Origin: Prolixibacteraceae bacterium
Lineage (GTDB): Bacteria > Bacteroidota > Bacteroidia > Bacteroidales > Prolixibacteraceae
Assembly (NCBI GenBank): GCA_035648135.1
Contig: DASRMB010000052.1
Span: forward strand, 23,334-87,333
Direction of reading: 5' to 3'
Length of the DNA: 64,000 nucleotides
The translations under genes and the position numbers were made by a program. The notes under the pieces were generated by a model that was not told the DNA's origin, made no database searches, and saw only the letters and a list, made by a program, of their open reading frames with translations. Of this stretch, positions 50,450-59,161 are shown piece by piece; position 1 is the stretch's first letter, and the number at the start of each line of letters is the position of its first letter.

Positions 50450-51487
50450 ATGGCTAGTTCAAGAATAACGATAAAAGATTTAGCTGCAAGGATGAATCTG
50501 TCAGTCTCCACGATTTCCAGAGCCCTTCACAATCATCATAGTATAGGGGAAAAGACGACAGAAGAGGTGAAAAAATTAGCGAAGGAACTTGGCTATTTCC
50601 CAAATTCAGTTGCGTCCAATCTTCGATCAAATAAAACACACACGATTGGTGTCATTGTCCCGCGGATCGACATTCACTTTCATTCACATGCAATTAGCGG
50701 AATTGAAGAATTTGCATACAAATCAGGCTATTATGTTACCATTTTTCAATCAAGAGATTCATTGGAACGTGAAATCGCGATCACCGAAATCCTTCAAACA
50801 AAAATGGTTGAAGGTGTTATCGCTTGTTTGGGACTTGAAACGAAAGATTGTACACATTTTTCCAAATTCAATAAACTGAATGTCCCACTGGTATTTTATG
50901 ACCGGGTAAGCAAAGATTTTGAAGCAAGCAAAGTTATTATTGATGATTTTGAGGCGGCCTTTAAGGCAACCGAGCATCTGATTTCAATCGGCTGCAAGAG
51001 AATTTCTCACATCGCAGGCTGTCAGACAACAGATATTTTTAAAGCCAGGTTAGAAGGATATAAAGCTGCACTAACGAAACACAATATCCTGATTGATGAA
51101 AAACTGATTGAATATACTTCTGATCTCAGTTATGAAGAAGGAGCAAGATGTGCCAAAAAGTTTCTTTCTCTCGACATTCTCCCGGATGGAATGTTCTGTG
51201 CGAATGACTATACAGCAATCAGTGCAATACAGGTATTCAAAAAAGCAAATCGTCAGATTCCACAAGACATAGCCGTTGTTGGTTTTAGTAATTACCCAAT
51301 ATCCCGGGTTATTGAGCCAACCCTAACAACCATCGACGACCGCGCGTTCGAAATGGGACAAGCAGCAGCAAAATTGCTTATTCGTCAAATCGAAGATAAG
51401 GATCATACCATTGCCTCGGAAACCATCGTACTTAAAACTAATTTAATTATCAGAGATTCAACAGATTTGAAATCGTCAGTACAATAA
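50450..51487 (+). CDS. LacI-family transcriptional regulator
   Basis: N-terminal HTH 'ITIKDLAARMNLSVSTISRAL' plus a periplasmic-binding-protein-like sugar-binding core. 345 aa. Divergent from susC. Confidence 0.85.
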   Translation: MASSRITIKDLAARMNLSVSTISRALHNHHSIGEKTTEEVKKLAKELGYFPNSVASNLRSNKTHTIGVIVPRIDIHFHSHAISGIEEFAYKSGYYVTIFQSRDSLEREIAITEILQTKMVEGVIACLGLETKDCTHFSKFNKLNVPLVFYDRVSKDFEASKVIIDDFEAAFKATEHLISIGCKRISHIAGCQTTDIFKARLEGYKAALTKHNILIDEKLIEYTSDLSYEEGARCAKKFLSLDILPDGMFCANDYTAISAIQVFKKANRQIPQDIAVVGFSNYPISRVIEPTLTTIDDRAFEMGQAAAKLLIRQIEDKDHTIASETIVLKTNLIIRDSTDLKSSVQ

Positions 51488-51726
51488 GACCGTATTCGCA
51501 TTGAGAATCATTCTCTTTCCTTACTTTGATGATTGAAGTCAGCTGACCGGAAGGACAAGAAATATTGACAAGAGTAATTGTCAGTGCAAGTTAATCAAAC
51601 ACATCATTCGAAGTGTTTGTTATTGCATACCGCTCCGTGCTTTTCGCAGAAAGTTGAACCAGCTTTTCTTCCGCAATATCCCCTACCCATTTTGTATTCA
51701 AACTCCCTTTTATTCCTGAAACTTCC

Positions 51727-51734
51727 TATATTTG
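51727..51734 (+). promoter_or_regulatory. -7 promoter motif TATATTTG upstream of the HTCS gene
   Basis: TAnnTTTG lies 26 bp upstream of ATG 51760. Confidence 0.3.
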
Positions 51735-51759
51735 GGGAAGGCTAAATATCCAACTTATT

Positions 51760-54564
51760 ATGCACCCAAGGCAAACAATAAAATATCTAATTTTCTTCCT
51801 TTTTCTTCTCCTTGTTTCAACCGGTTTTGCCAATACAAAATTTAAAGTCGGATTCTCTCAATGCACCACGGCTGATAAATGGCGTCAGGCGCAAATCCGG
51901 CTCATGCAAATCGAACTGGCGTTTTATCCTGATCTTGAACTGACGATCAAAGATGCCAAAGACAACAATGAAACACAAATCCGGCAAATTGAAGAGTTTT
52001 TAGCTGAAGGAATTGATTTGCTTATTGTATCACCCAATGAGTCTGATCCACTAACTCCAGTCATTGAAAAGGTTTTTAAACAAGGAATTCCTGTTATTCT
52101 GATCGACAGACTAATTAGTTCCGAATCGTATACAGCCTATATCGGAGGTGACAATTACCAAATAGGCGAAGAAGCCGGGAAATATGCCGCCAGATTGTTA
52201 AAGGGCAAAGGCAAAGTCGTTGAAATTACCGGTCTTGATGGGTCATCACCTGCTATTGAACGAAGCAATGGTTTCACCGATGCACTTAAAAATTATCCTG
52301 AAATTGAAATCGAAAAATCCATTTCCGGAGATTGGAATTTCGATAAAGCCCGTGAAGTGATGCAAAAAATCATCGATTCAGGAATTGAATTCGATTTGGT
52401 TTTTGGACACAACGATGTCATGGCTCATGAAGCTCATGCCGTATTCAAAGAGTCCGGACGCAAGAAACATTGTTTTTTCCTCGGAGTTGATGGACTTCCG
52501 GGGTCTGATGCCGGAATTCAGTTTGTGTTGAATAAAGATCTGGACGCCACATTTTTGTATCCGACCAATAGTGATCAGGCTATAAAAATTGCAAGTGAGA
52601 TTTTACACCAAAAACATTTTGAACGGGAAGTGATTTCGCAAACCTTAGTCATCGACTCAACCAATGCTAAAATACTGAAGGTGCAGACCGAACAGATTGA
52701 ATCTCTTCAGGAAAAAATAGAAGCCCAGACATCGTTTCTTGATCTTCAAATCACAAAATATCAAAGTCAGCGGCTGATCCTGATTTTCGTAATAACATTG
52801 CTTTTACTGATTGTTATTTTGGTGTTTGTTATTTATAACGCATTCATAAATAAAGCTGCTGCCAACCGGAAACTGGAGGCTAAAAATAGAAAAATAGAAA
52901 AGCAGAATCTTGAAATCCTTGATCATCGGGATAAACTGGTTGAGGTAAGCCGACAATTGGAAGAAGCATCGCAGGCCAAATTACGTTTTTTCACTAACGT
53001 TTCTCACGAATTCCGGACACCACTGACCCTGATCAAAGGCCCGCTGGAAAACCTGATGACGGATCAGGAATTTTCTCCTGAAAAGCTCAATCTCTTTAAA
53101 CTGATGCACCGAAATACGGTCAGGCTTTTGCGTCTGGTTAATCAATTAATGGATTTCAGAAAACTGGACAACAAAAAAATGGGTTTGCATACCACAGAAA
53201 ACGATTTGCTGACTTTTGTAAAAGAAATCGAAGAATCTTTCGCTTCGCTTGCTTCCAGCCGAAATATTGAACTGAAAATCGACTGCAGGGAATCCGAACT
53301 GAAAGTTTGGTTCGATGTGGATAAACTCGATAAAGTCTTTTTCAATATCATTTCCAACGCGTTTAAATTCACTTCCGATTACGGGAAAATCACCATACAG
53401 ATTTCAAGATCAAAACCTATTATTTCCGGAATTCATTCCGAAGAAGTTCAGATTGAAATCAGCGACACAGGTAAGGGAATTCCCGAAAAGGACCTGGACA
53501 AAATATTCGATCGTTTTTATCAGGCAGGAAAATCAGAAGCTTACCTCGGAACTGGTTTGGGTCTGAATCTTTCCAAAGAATTTATTGAATTGCACCGTGG
53601 TCGGATTTCGGCAAAAAGCGAGGAAGGAATAGGTACTACATTCATCATTTGCCTGCCTTTGGGCAATGAACATTTGCTGCCCGATGAAATACTCGCTGAT
53701 TCGGAAAAAACGGAAATAAAATTACAAAAGGAATACTCAAAGATTGAAGAAGCTTCAACCGTAACACGACTAAAAGATTCAACCGCATTCGAAAACCGAC
53801 CGGTCATACTGGTTGTGGAAGATATTCCAGATGTGAGGGAATTTATCCGGATGAGTTTGGGGAATCAGTACCTGATTCTGGAAGCAACAAATGGTAAGGA
53901 AGGGCTTGTTAAAGTACTGGAGGAAGAACCTGATCTGATCATTTCTGATGTAATGATGCCGGTGATGGACGGACTGGAGTTAACCCGGCAATTAAAAACA
54001 GATTTGAAAACCTGCCACATTCCAATCATTTTGCTGACCGCGAAGGCTACTCTGGAACACAAGCTCGAAGGGCTGGAAGAAGGAGCCGATTCGTATATTC
54101 CGAAACCATTCAACAGTAAGCATCTGGAAATCAGGGTGAAAAAGTTGCTCGAATCGCGGATGAAAATCAGGGAACATTATCGCGGAATGCCCGAATTTCA
54201 GGAAGAAGAAGAAACCGGTTTGAGCCGACTGGATAAGAAATTCCTGGCCAGGCTGACTATGATTATCGGGCAAAATATAGGAAAGGAAGATATGAGCGTG
54301 GAGGAATTGAGCGAAAAAGCAGGCATGTCGCGCGTACATCTTTACCGAAAAATCAAAAAACTGACCGACATGTCGGTGAGTGAATTTGTGATTGTGGTGA
54401 AACTGAAGAAGTCGCTCGAACTGCTTCGGAACAGCGGGAAAACAATTGCAGAAATTGCCTACGAAGTTGGATTCTCATCCCCATCGTATTACACACGTTG
54501 CTTCCGCGACCAGTTTAAAATGTCGCCAACCGATTACATGCAAAATAAAAAAGGGGAGCAGTAA
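51760..54564 (+). CDS. Hybrid two-component system sensor kinase/response regulator with a periplasmic sugar-binding (PBP type I) sensor domain and AraC-type HTH output
   Basis: Signal peptide, then a PBP-like domain ('KFKVGFSQC...GIPVILIDR'). One TM segment (about residues 335-360). HisKA ('FFTNVSHEFRTPLTLI'), HATPase ('GTGLGLNLSKEF'), and a REC domain containing an acidic pair, the phospho-acceptor Asp and a conserved Lys. C-terminal AraC HTH. Confidence 0.85.
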   Translation: MHPRQTIKYLIFFLFLLLVSTGFANTKFKVGFSQCTTADKWRQAQIRLMQIELAFYPDLELTIKDAKDNNETQIRQIEEFLAEGIDLLIVSPNESDPLTPVIEKVFKQGIPVILIDRLISSESYTAYIGGDNYQIGEEAGKYAARLLKGKGKVVEITGLDGSSPAIERSNGFTDALKNYPEIEIEKSISGDWNFDKAREVMQKIIDSGIEFDLVFGHNDVMAHEAHAVFKESGRKKHCFFLGVDGLPGSDAGIQFVLNKDLDATFLYPTNSDQAIKIASEILHQKHFEREVISQTLVIDSTNAKILKVQTEQIESLQEKIEAQTSFLDLQITKYQSQRLILIFVITLLLLIVILVFVIYNAFINKAAANRKLEAKNRKIEKQNLEILDHRDKLVEVSRQLEEASQAKLRFFTNVSHEFRTPLTLIKGPLENLMTDQEFSPEKLNLFKLMHRNTVRLLRLVNQLMDFRKLDNKKMGLHTTENDLLTFVKEIEESFASLASSRNIELKIDCRESELKVWFDVDKLDKVFFNIISNAFKFTSDYGKITIQISRSKPIISGIHSEEVQIEISDTGKGIPEKDLDKIFDRFYQAGKSEAYLGTGLGLNLSKEFIELHRGRISAKSEEGIGTTFIICLPLGNEHLLPDEILADSEKTEIKLQKEYSKIEEASTVTRLKDSTAFENRPVILVVEDIPDVREFIRMSLGNQYLILEATNGKEGLVKVLEEEPDLIISDVMMPVMDGLELTRQLKTDLKTCHIPIILLTAKATLEHKLEGLEEGADSYIPKPFNSKHLEIRVKKLLESRMKIREHYRGMPEFQEEEETGLSRLDKKFLARLTMIIGQNIGKEDMSVEELSEKAGMSRVHLYRKIKKLTDMSVSEFVIVVKLKKSLELLRNSGKTIAEIAYEVGFSSPSYYTRCFRDQFKMSPTDYMQNKKGEQ

Positions 54565-54644
54565 TATTAATATGTATAGCTTGTTATTTAGGGTTTGCTG
54601 AAAAACTCAATTTATAGTGTTTCTTAAAATTGTCAATAAAACCT

Positions 54645-54731
54645 GACTCACCGCGAAGACCGAAGGCTCGGTCTTCCCCCCTCTCTACGAGTAGAGAGGA
54701 GCAGAGGAAGCGAAGCGACCTCGGAGTGAGT
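54645..54731. repeat. Nested-palindrome intergenic repeat, copy B (module order permuted)
   Basis: GACTCACC...GGAGTGAGT outer arms enclose GAAGACCGAAGGCTCGGTCTTC (54655-54676) and CCCCTCTCTACGAGTAGAGAGG (54677-54699). The same two hairpin modules occur in copy A in the opposite order. Confidence 0.65.
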
Positions 54732-54977
54732 TAGCAGAAAACAAACATTTCAAATTACTAAATGCAAGCAATTGAACTGTTTGACTCAGATTTCCTTGCA
54801 GATAGTTTGTCTGAATGAACTGTATCAACCTCATAGCAAATTGTTTATCAGTTTTTCAGCAGACCCTATTTAACCACAGAAACACATAGAACACATAGAT
54901 TTTTGTTTTTTTCTATTGTGTCCTATGTGGCTAGGTGGTTGACGAAAGAATTTCGAAAAATCAATGCTCCGCCGTTA

Positions 54978-57200
54978 TCATTGTGCTGTTACTTCCAACA
55001 CCACGCTGGTTCGCCGCAGGTTCATATCGGGATTATACCCATTCTTTATCAGAAAATCGCCGCTGAAGATGGTGGAACCATTTAAAGTAGTTTTCGTTCC
55101 CGGGTACAGGTTTATTTCCTGAATGCGGTATTTCTTAGTTGCATCAAGTCCGGTTAAACGAATTGGTGTAGGTGAATAGGTGACATTAAACCGATTCGTT
55201 ACCACATAATTGAAAACTACTGCTTTTGTTTTAGTGTCATTTACGAACATCACCGAAGCGTAAGGATTTTCGTCGGGTGAAGCCAATCGGTACAAGTCAC
55301 CGTGCCAAACCATGTCTTTTAACGAATCGTAGGTTTTAAGCGCTTGCTGACTGAATTTCAAATCATTTTCAGACAGGTCACTTACTACGATATCGTAGCC
55401 CATTTTGCCCATCATAGCCACATCAGTACGGTATTTCAGACCCACTTTACTCCAGTCGGTAATGTGATTACAGGTAGCAATGGCAGGATAAAAATAGCTG
55501 TAATTCCATTGAATAAACACCCGCTCCAGTGGGTCGGTATTGTCTGAAGGCCAGAATTCTGTAAAATACTTCAGGGCTTCATAATCCACACGCCCGCCAC
55601 CACCCGAGCAAAGCATCATAGGAACAACCGGATAAGCAGCCCGCACACGATCGAGCACTTTGTAAAGCCCGCGTACATAATCCACATAAAGTTGCGATTG
55701 TTTCTGTTTGCTTTTCTGTAAATAAGCCGATTGTGCATTAAATATTACCGAGTTACAGTCCCATTTGATAAATGCAATTTCAGGATTCTTACCCAGTAAG
55801 TTATCCATAATGCCGAAAACATAGTCCTGAACTTCTGGATTTGTAAGGTCGAGTACCAATTGATTGCGGAAATAATGTTCCGGGCGTTCGGTTTGACGAA
55901 TTACCCAGTCAGGGTGTTTTTCGTACAATTCCGATTTCGGGTTTACCATTTCGGGTTCCACCCAAATGCCAAATTTGATACCGGCCTTTCCGGCTTCTTT
56001 CACCAAATAACTAATACCATCAGGCAATTTACTGGCATTTGGAGTCCAGTCGCCAAGACCGGCATGATCGTCGTTGCGCGGATATTTATTGGCAAACCAG
56101 CCATCGTCAAGCAAGAATAAATCAACACCCAGTTTCTTGCCATCGGCAAAAAGTTTCACCAACTTTTCCTGATCGAAATTAAAATAGGTTGCTTCCCAGT
56201 TGTTAAGCAAGGTAAGTCGTGAGCCGTTACCGTCCGGAATGCGGTAGTTCCGTGCCCAACGATGCAATTGTCTGCTGGCCTGGCCCATTCCCTGGTCGGA
56301 AAATGTATAGATAAAAGAAGGTGTTTTGAATTCCTCACCTTCTGCCAGAGGATATTCCGATTGAAAAGGATTTATACCCGAAATCAGTCGTAGATTGTGG
56401 TATGCATCCACTTCAAAATCCATTTTGAAATTACCCGACCAGGCCAATGTACCGAGAAGAACTTTTCCTTCAGTCTCTGTGGCTGGCTTATCAAACGAAA
56501 GGATAAAAACCGGGTGCTCAAACAAATTAGCCCGCGTTCCAAGTTTGGAATCGATGGTTTTAATCCCGTGTGTCAATAGTGTTTGTTCGGGTTTCATTTC
56601 ACGTCCCCACGATCCGTGAAAATGAGTAAGGTAATAATCTTTGGCAATGAAATTCAAATTGGCAGAAGCGTATTTCTGCATATTTAACGTTCCTTTTTCT
56701 TTGTTACGAATCACGCTCCATTGCTCCACCACATCTTCTTTGATATAGGTTTTGAAAAACAAAGTTACTTCTGTTTTATAAACCGGGTCGGCAAGTAAAA
56801 TAGAAATGGTTTTTACATTCTCGTCGGTTTGCTCCGTTTTGTGCGAAATATATAAAAGTTCGGTAGATATATTTCCATCAGCATGAGTAATGCTTAGTGC
56901 GGGTTCCACCAGATTCCATGTTCCGGCTGGAGTGTAGGCATGATTGAAAATACCACCGTTTTCATCCTGCTGGTTATTCTGACTGCTGACAAGTTGGTAT
57001 TCGTTGGTGTTGGCCAGTTTTACTCCAAAATAAGTCATTAACAAATGATTATTTGCATCGGTTTGAAGTAGCAGTGTATTATGAGCCGTTTCTATAGGAA
57101 TAAACACTTGATTGCCGGCAAATGCTGGCACAAAGTTTAATAATGCAATAACAATTATGCTTAAAACCTTTGTGGACGATAAAAAACAGGAGTGATTCAT
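54978..57200 (-). CDS. GH36 alpha-galactosidase, secreted
   Basis: 'LFLLDDGWFANKYPR' and 'KFGIWVEPEMVNPKSELY' are the GH36 catalytic-region blocks. Signal peptide present. 740 aa. Confidence 0.75.
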   Translation of the reverse strand: MNHSCFLSSTKVLSIIVIALLNFVPAFAGNQVFIPIETAHNTLLLQTDANNHLLMTYFGVKLANTNEYQLVSSQNNQQDENGGIFNHAYTPAGTWNLVEPALSITHADGNISTELLYISHKTEQTDENVKTISILLADPVYKTEVTLFFKTYIKEDVVEQWSVIRNKEKGTLNMQKYASANLNFIAKDYYLTHFHGSWGREMKPEQTLLTHGIKTIDSKLGTRANLFEHPVFILSFDKPATETEGKVLLGTLAWSGNFKMDFEVDAYHNLRLISGINPFQSEYPLAEGEEFKTPSFIYTFSDQGMGQASRQLHRWARNYRIPDGNGSRLTLLNNWEATYFNFDQEKLVKLFADGKKLGVDLFLLDDGWFANKYPRNDDHAGLGDWTPNASKLPDGISYLVKEAGKAGIKFGIWVEPEMVNPKSELYEKHPDWVIRQTERPEHYFRNQLVLDLTNPEVQDYVFGIMDNLLGKNPEIAFIKWDCNSVIFNAQSAYLQKSKQKQSQLYVDYVRGLYKVLDRVRAAYPVVPMMLCSGGGGRVDYEALKYFTEFWPSDNTDPLERVFIQWNYSYFYPAIATCNHITDWSKVGLKYRTDVAMMGKMGYDIVVSDLSENDLKFSQQALKTYDSLKDMVWHGDLYRLASPDENPYASVMFVNDTKTKAVVFNYVVTNRFNVTYSPTPIRLTGLDATKKYRIQEINLYPGTKTTLNGSTIFSGDFLIKNGYNPDMNLRRTSVVLEVTAQ

Positions 57201-57417
57201 AGTTTATTTATTTTAAGGATTCAATATTGTCGCGTTATTCAGTCCTCTTCGGGGATAAAGCTAGCCTATTAATCAGAATTCCGGAAGGGCTCAGTATTAT
57301 TCCTGAGTATTGAATCTTTCCAGGGTTCTCCAAATTTAAGGTTCCTTCACCACCGATCATGAATAAAAATTTCAGAAATGAAATAATGTCGCATTTTTAT
57401 TTATTCCCATATCTAAA

Positions 57418-57498
57418 CTCACCCCATCGCATCTGCGATGCTCTGCCCTTCTCTTCTTGAAGAGAGGTGGTACGTCTGCTGGCGAACGTGGGGTGAGT
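57418..57498. repeat. Nested-palindrome intergenic repeat, copy C
   Basis: ACTCACCCC...GGGGTGAGT outer arms. Internal CATCGCATCTGCGATG and CCTTCTCTTCTTGAAGAGAGG hairpins. 34/38 identity to copy A over the 5' half. Confidence 0.7.
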
Positions 57499-57575
57499 GA
57501 TTTATGAAATACGACATTAAATTGTTCCTGTTAATTAAATCCTTCCTGATTTTTCTCATTAAGTTTCGGAAAGCC

Positions 57576-59153
57576 TTATTTTTTCCAGATACCATTCAAA
57601 TTTACAATACTTCCACTTTTCAACTTCACTTCACCTTTATCAGCAAACAAACTCAGTTTGGTGAAATTTTCAGTCGGGAAGAAACAATCCGTCATTACCA
57701 GTTTCCCGCCATCCACAAACAATTCAACCGATGCGGCATCGAAATACAAATGTAGCTGAACTTTTTTACCGATGCTGTATGGAGCAGTATCAATTCCTGT
57801 AAATTTTTCGGAAAAACTCAAATCGCCCGACTTGGTTCGGTCGACAAAAAATTGCTTGTCGGCTAATGAATAAGCTATTTTTACCGTTTCGCCCAATGAA
57901 TTTTCTAGAGTCAATCCAAATGATTCCGTAGCATTGTTAGTTGTTTCCAGATTCAGAATTAATTCACATTGATGCAGATTTATATCTTTTGTGTCAAGTA
58001 GTTTCGCTCCTGAAATCGGCTCTTCTGTAAAAGTGATTCTGGAAGCCTGATCCTGCAATTCATTCAACTCTTTAACCGGTTTGGAAACCACCAGATATTT
58101 GCCAGCCGATTCTTCCAGTTTCAATTCGCGTGGAACGGTCATGGCGCTTCTCCAAACACCAGTCGGAACCAAATTGGCATAATTCCAGTTGCTCATCCAA
58201 CCCAAAAAGAGGCGGCGTCCGTCTTCTTTGGGCACATCCGACCAAGTAACTCCGGCGTAATTGTCGCGGCCGTAATCGAGCCAGCTGGTTTCTTTTGAAG
58301 CAGCTGTAAATTCGTGACCATCGTAATCGCCCACAAAATATTGAGTAGCTGAACCTCCGTTTGGCCCTCCGGGATTTATATTTACAATCATCACCCATTT
58401 GGTCTGATCGCTGCCGTTCACTTTCAGTTCAAATAAATCCGGGCATTCCCAAACTCCGGCATGTGTGCCGGCATCGCTGCCAAATTCATTTTCGAACTCC
58501 CAATCTTTTAGATCTCCGGAAGAGTATATTTTTACACGGTTGTGAGCAGAAAGAATCAGGTTCCATTTTTGAGTTCCTTCGTGCCAGAATACATTGGGAT
58601 CACGAAAATCGCGGCTGCCTGGGTTCAGTAAAACCGGATTATTTTCGTATTTCGTCCAGGTTCTGCCTTTGTCGATGCTGTAAGCAATGCCCTGAGTTTC
58701 GACATCGACTCTACCACTTTTTTCATAATCCAGATTGTGGTAGGTGAAAATGGCTACCAATGGAGGATTTTCAATTGTGCCGAATCCAGTGGTATTTTTC
58801 CAATCAACAACCACGCTTCCGGAGAAAATTAAACCCAAAGAATCGGGATAAAGCGCAATGGGAAGATTCTCCCAGTTCACCATATCTTTGCTGATGGCGT
58901 GTCCCCAGTGCATCGGACCCCAAACCGTGCTGTCGGGATAATACTGATAAAAAAGATGATACTCACCGGCATAATAAACCATACCATTTGGATCGTTCAT
59001 CCAGCCGGTTTGTGGTGAAAAATGATATTGAGGCCGGTATTTTTCGCTATAAATCTCAGCTGAATCGTTGTTTTTATTCCCTTTTTTTGATACACAAGTC
59101 ACAGCCAATAAAAAAATAATAAAAAGCTGGAGTAATTTCATATGGATTTTCAT
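57576..59153 (-). CDS. GH32 beta-fructofuranosidase (sucrase/levanase/inulinase family) lipoprotein
   Basis: 'WMNDPNG' (nucleophile block), 'FRDP' and 'ECP' motifs. Lipobox 'AVTC'. Two in-frame ATGs (59153, 59141) arise from a 12-bp tandem duplication. Confidence 0.85.
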   Translation of the reverse strand: MKIHMKLLQLFIIFLLAVTCVSKKGNKNNDSAEIYSEKYRPQYHFSPQTGWMNDPNGMVYYAGEYHLFYQYYPDSTVWGPMHWGHAISKDMVNWENLPIALYPDSLGLIFSGSVVVDWKNTTGFGTIENPPLVAIFTYHNLDYEKSGRVDVETQGIAYSIDKGRTWTKYENNPVLLNPGSRDFRDPNVFWHEGTQKWNLILSAHNRVKIYSSGDLKDWEFENEFGSDAGTHAGVWECPDLFELKVNGSDQTKWVMIVNINPGGPNGGSATQYFVGDYDGHEFTAASKETSWLDYGRDNYAGVTWSDVPKEDGRRLFLGWMSNWNYANLVPTGVWRSAMTVPRELKLEESAGKYLVVSKPVKELNELQDQASRITFTEEPISGAKLLDTKDINLHQCELILNLETTNNATESFGLTLENSLGETVKIAYSLADKQFFVDRTKSGDLSFSEKFTGIDTAPYSIGKKVQLHLYFDAASVELFVDGGKLVMTDCFFPTENFTKLSLFADKGEVKLKSGSIVNLNGIWKK

Positions 59154-59161
59154 ATGGATTT

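Noticed and set aside
51590-51625. Partial palindrome AACACATCATTCGAAGTGTT after the lacI-family gene
   Set aside because: The stem is only 5 bp with an asymmetric interior and no T-tract, which is too weak for a terminator or operator call.
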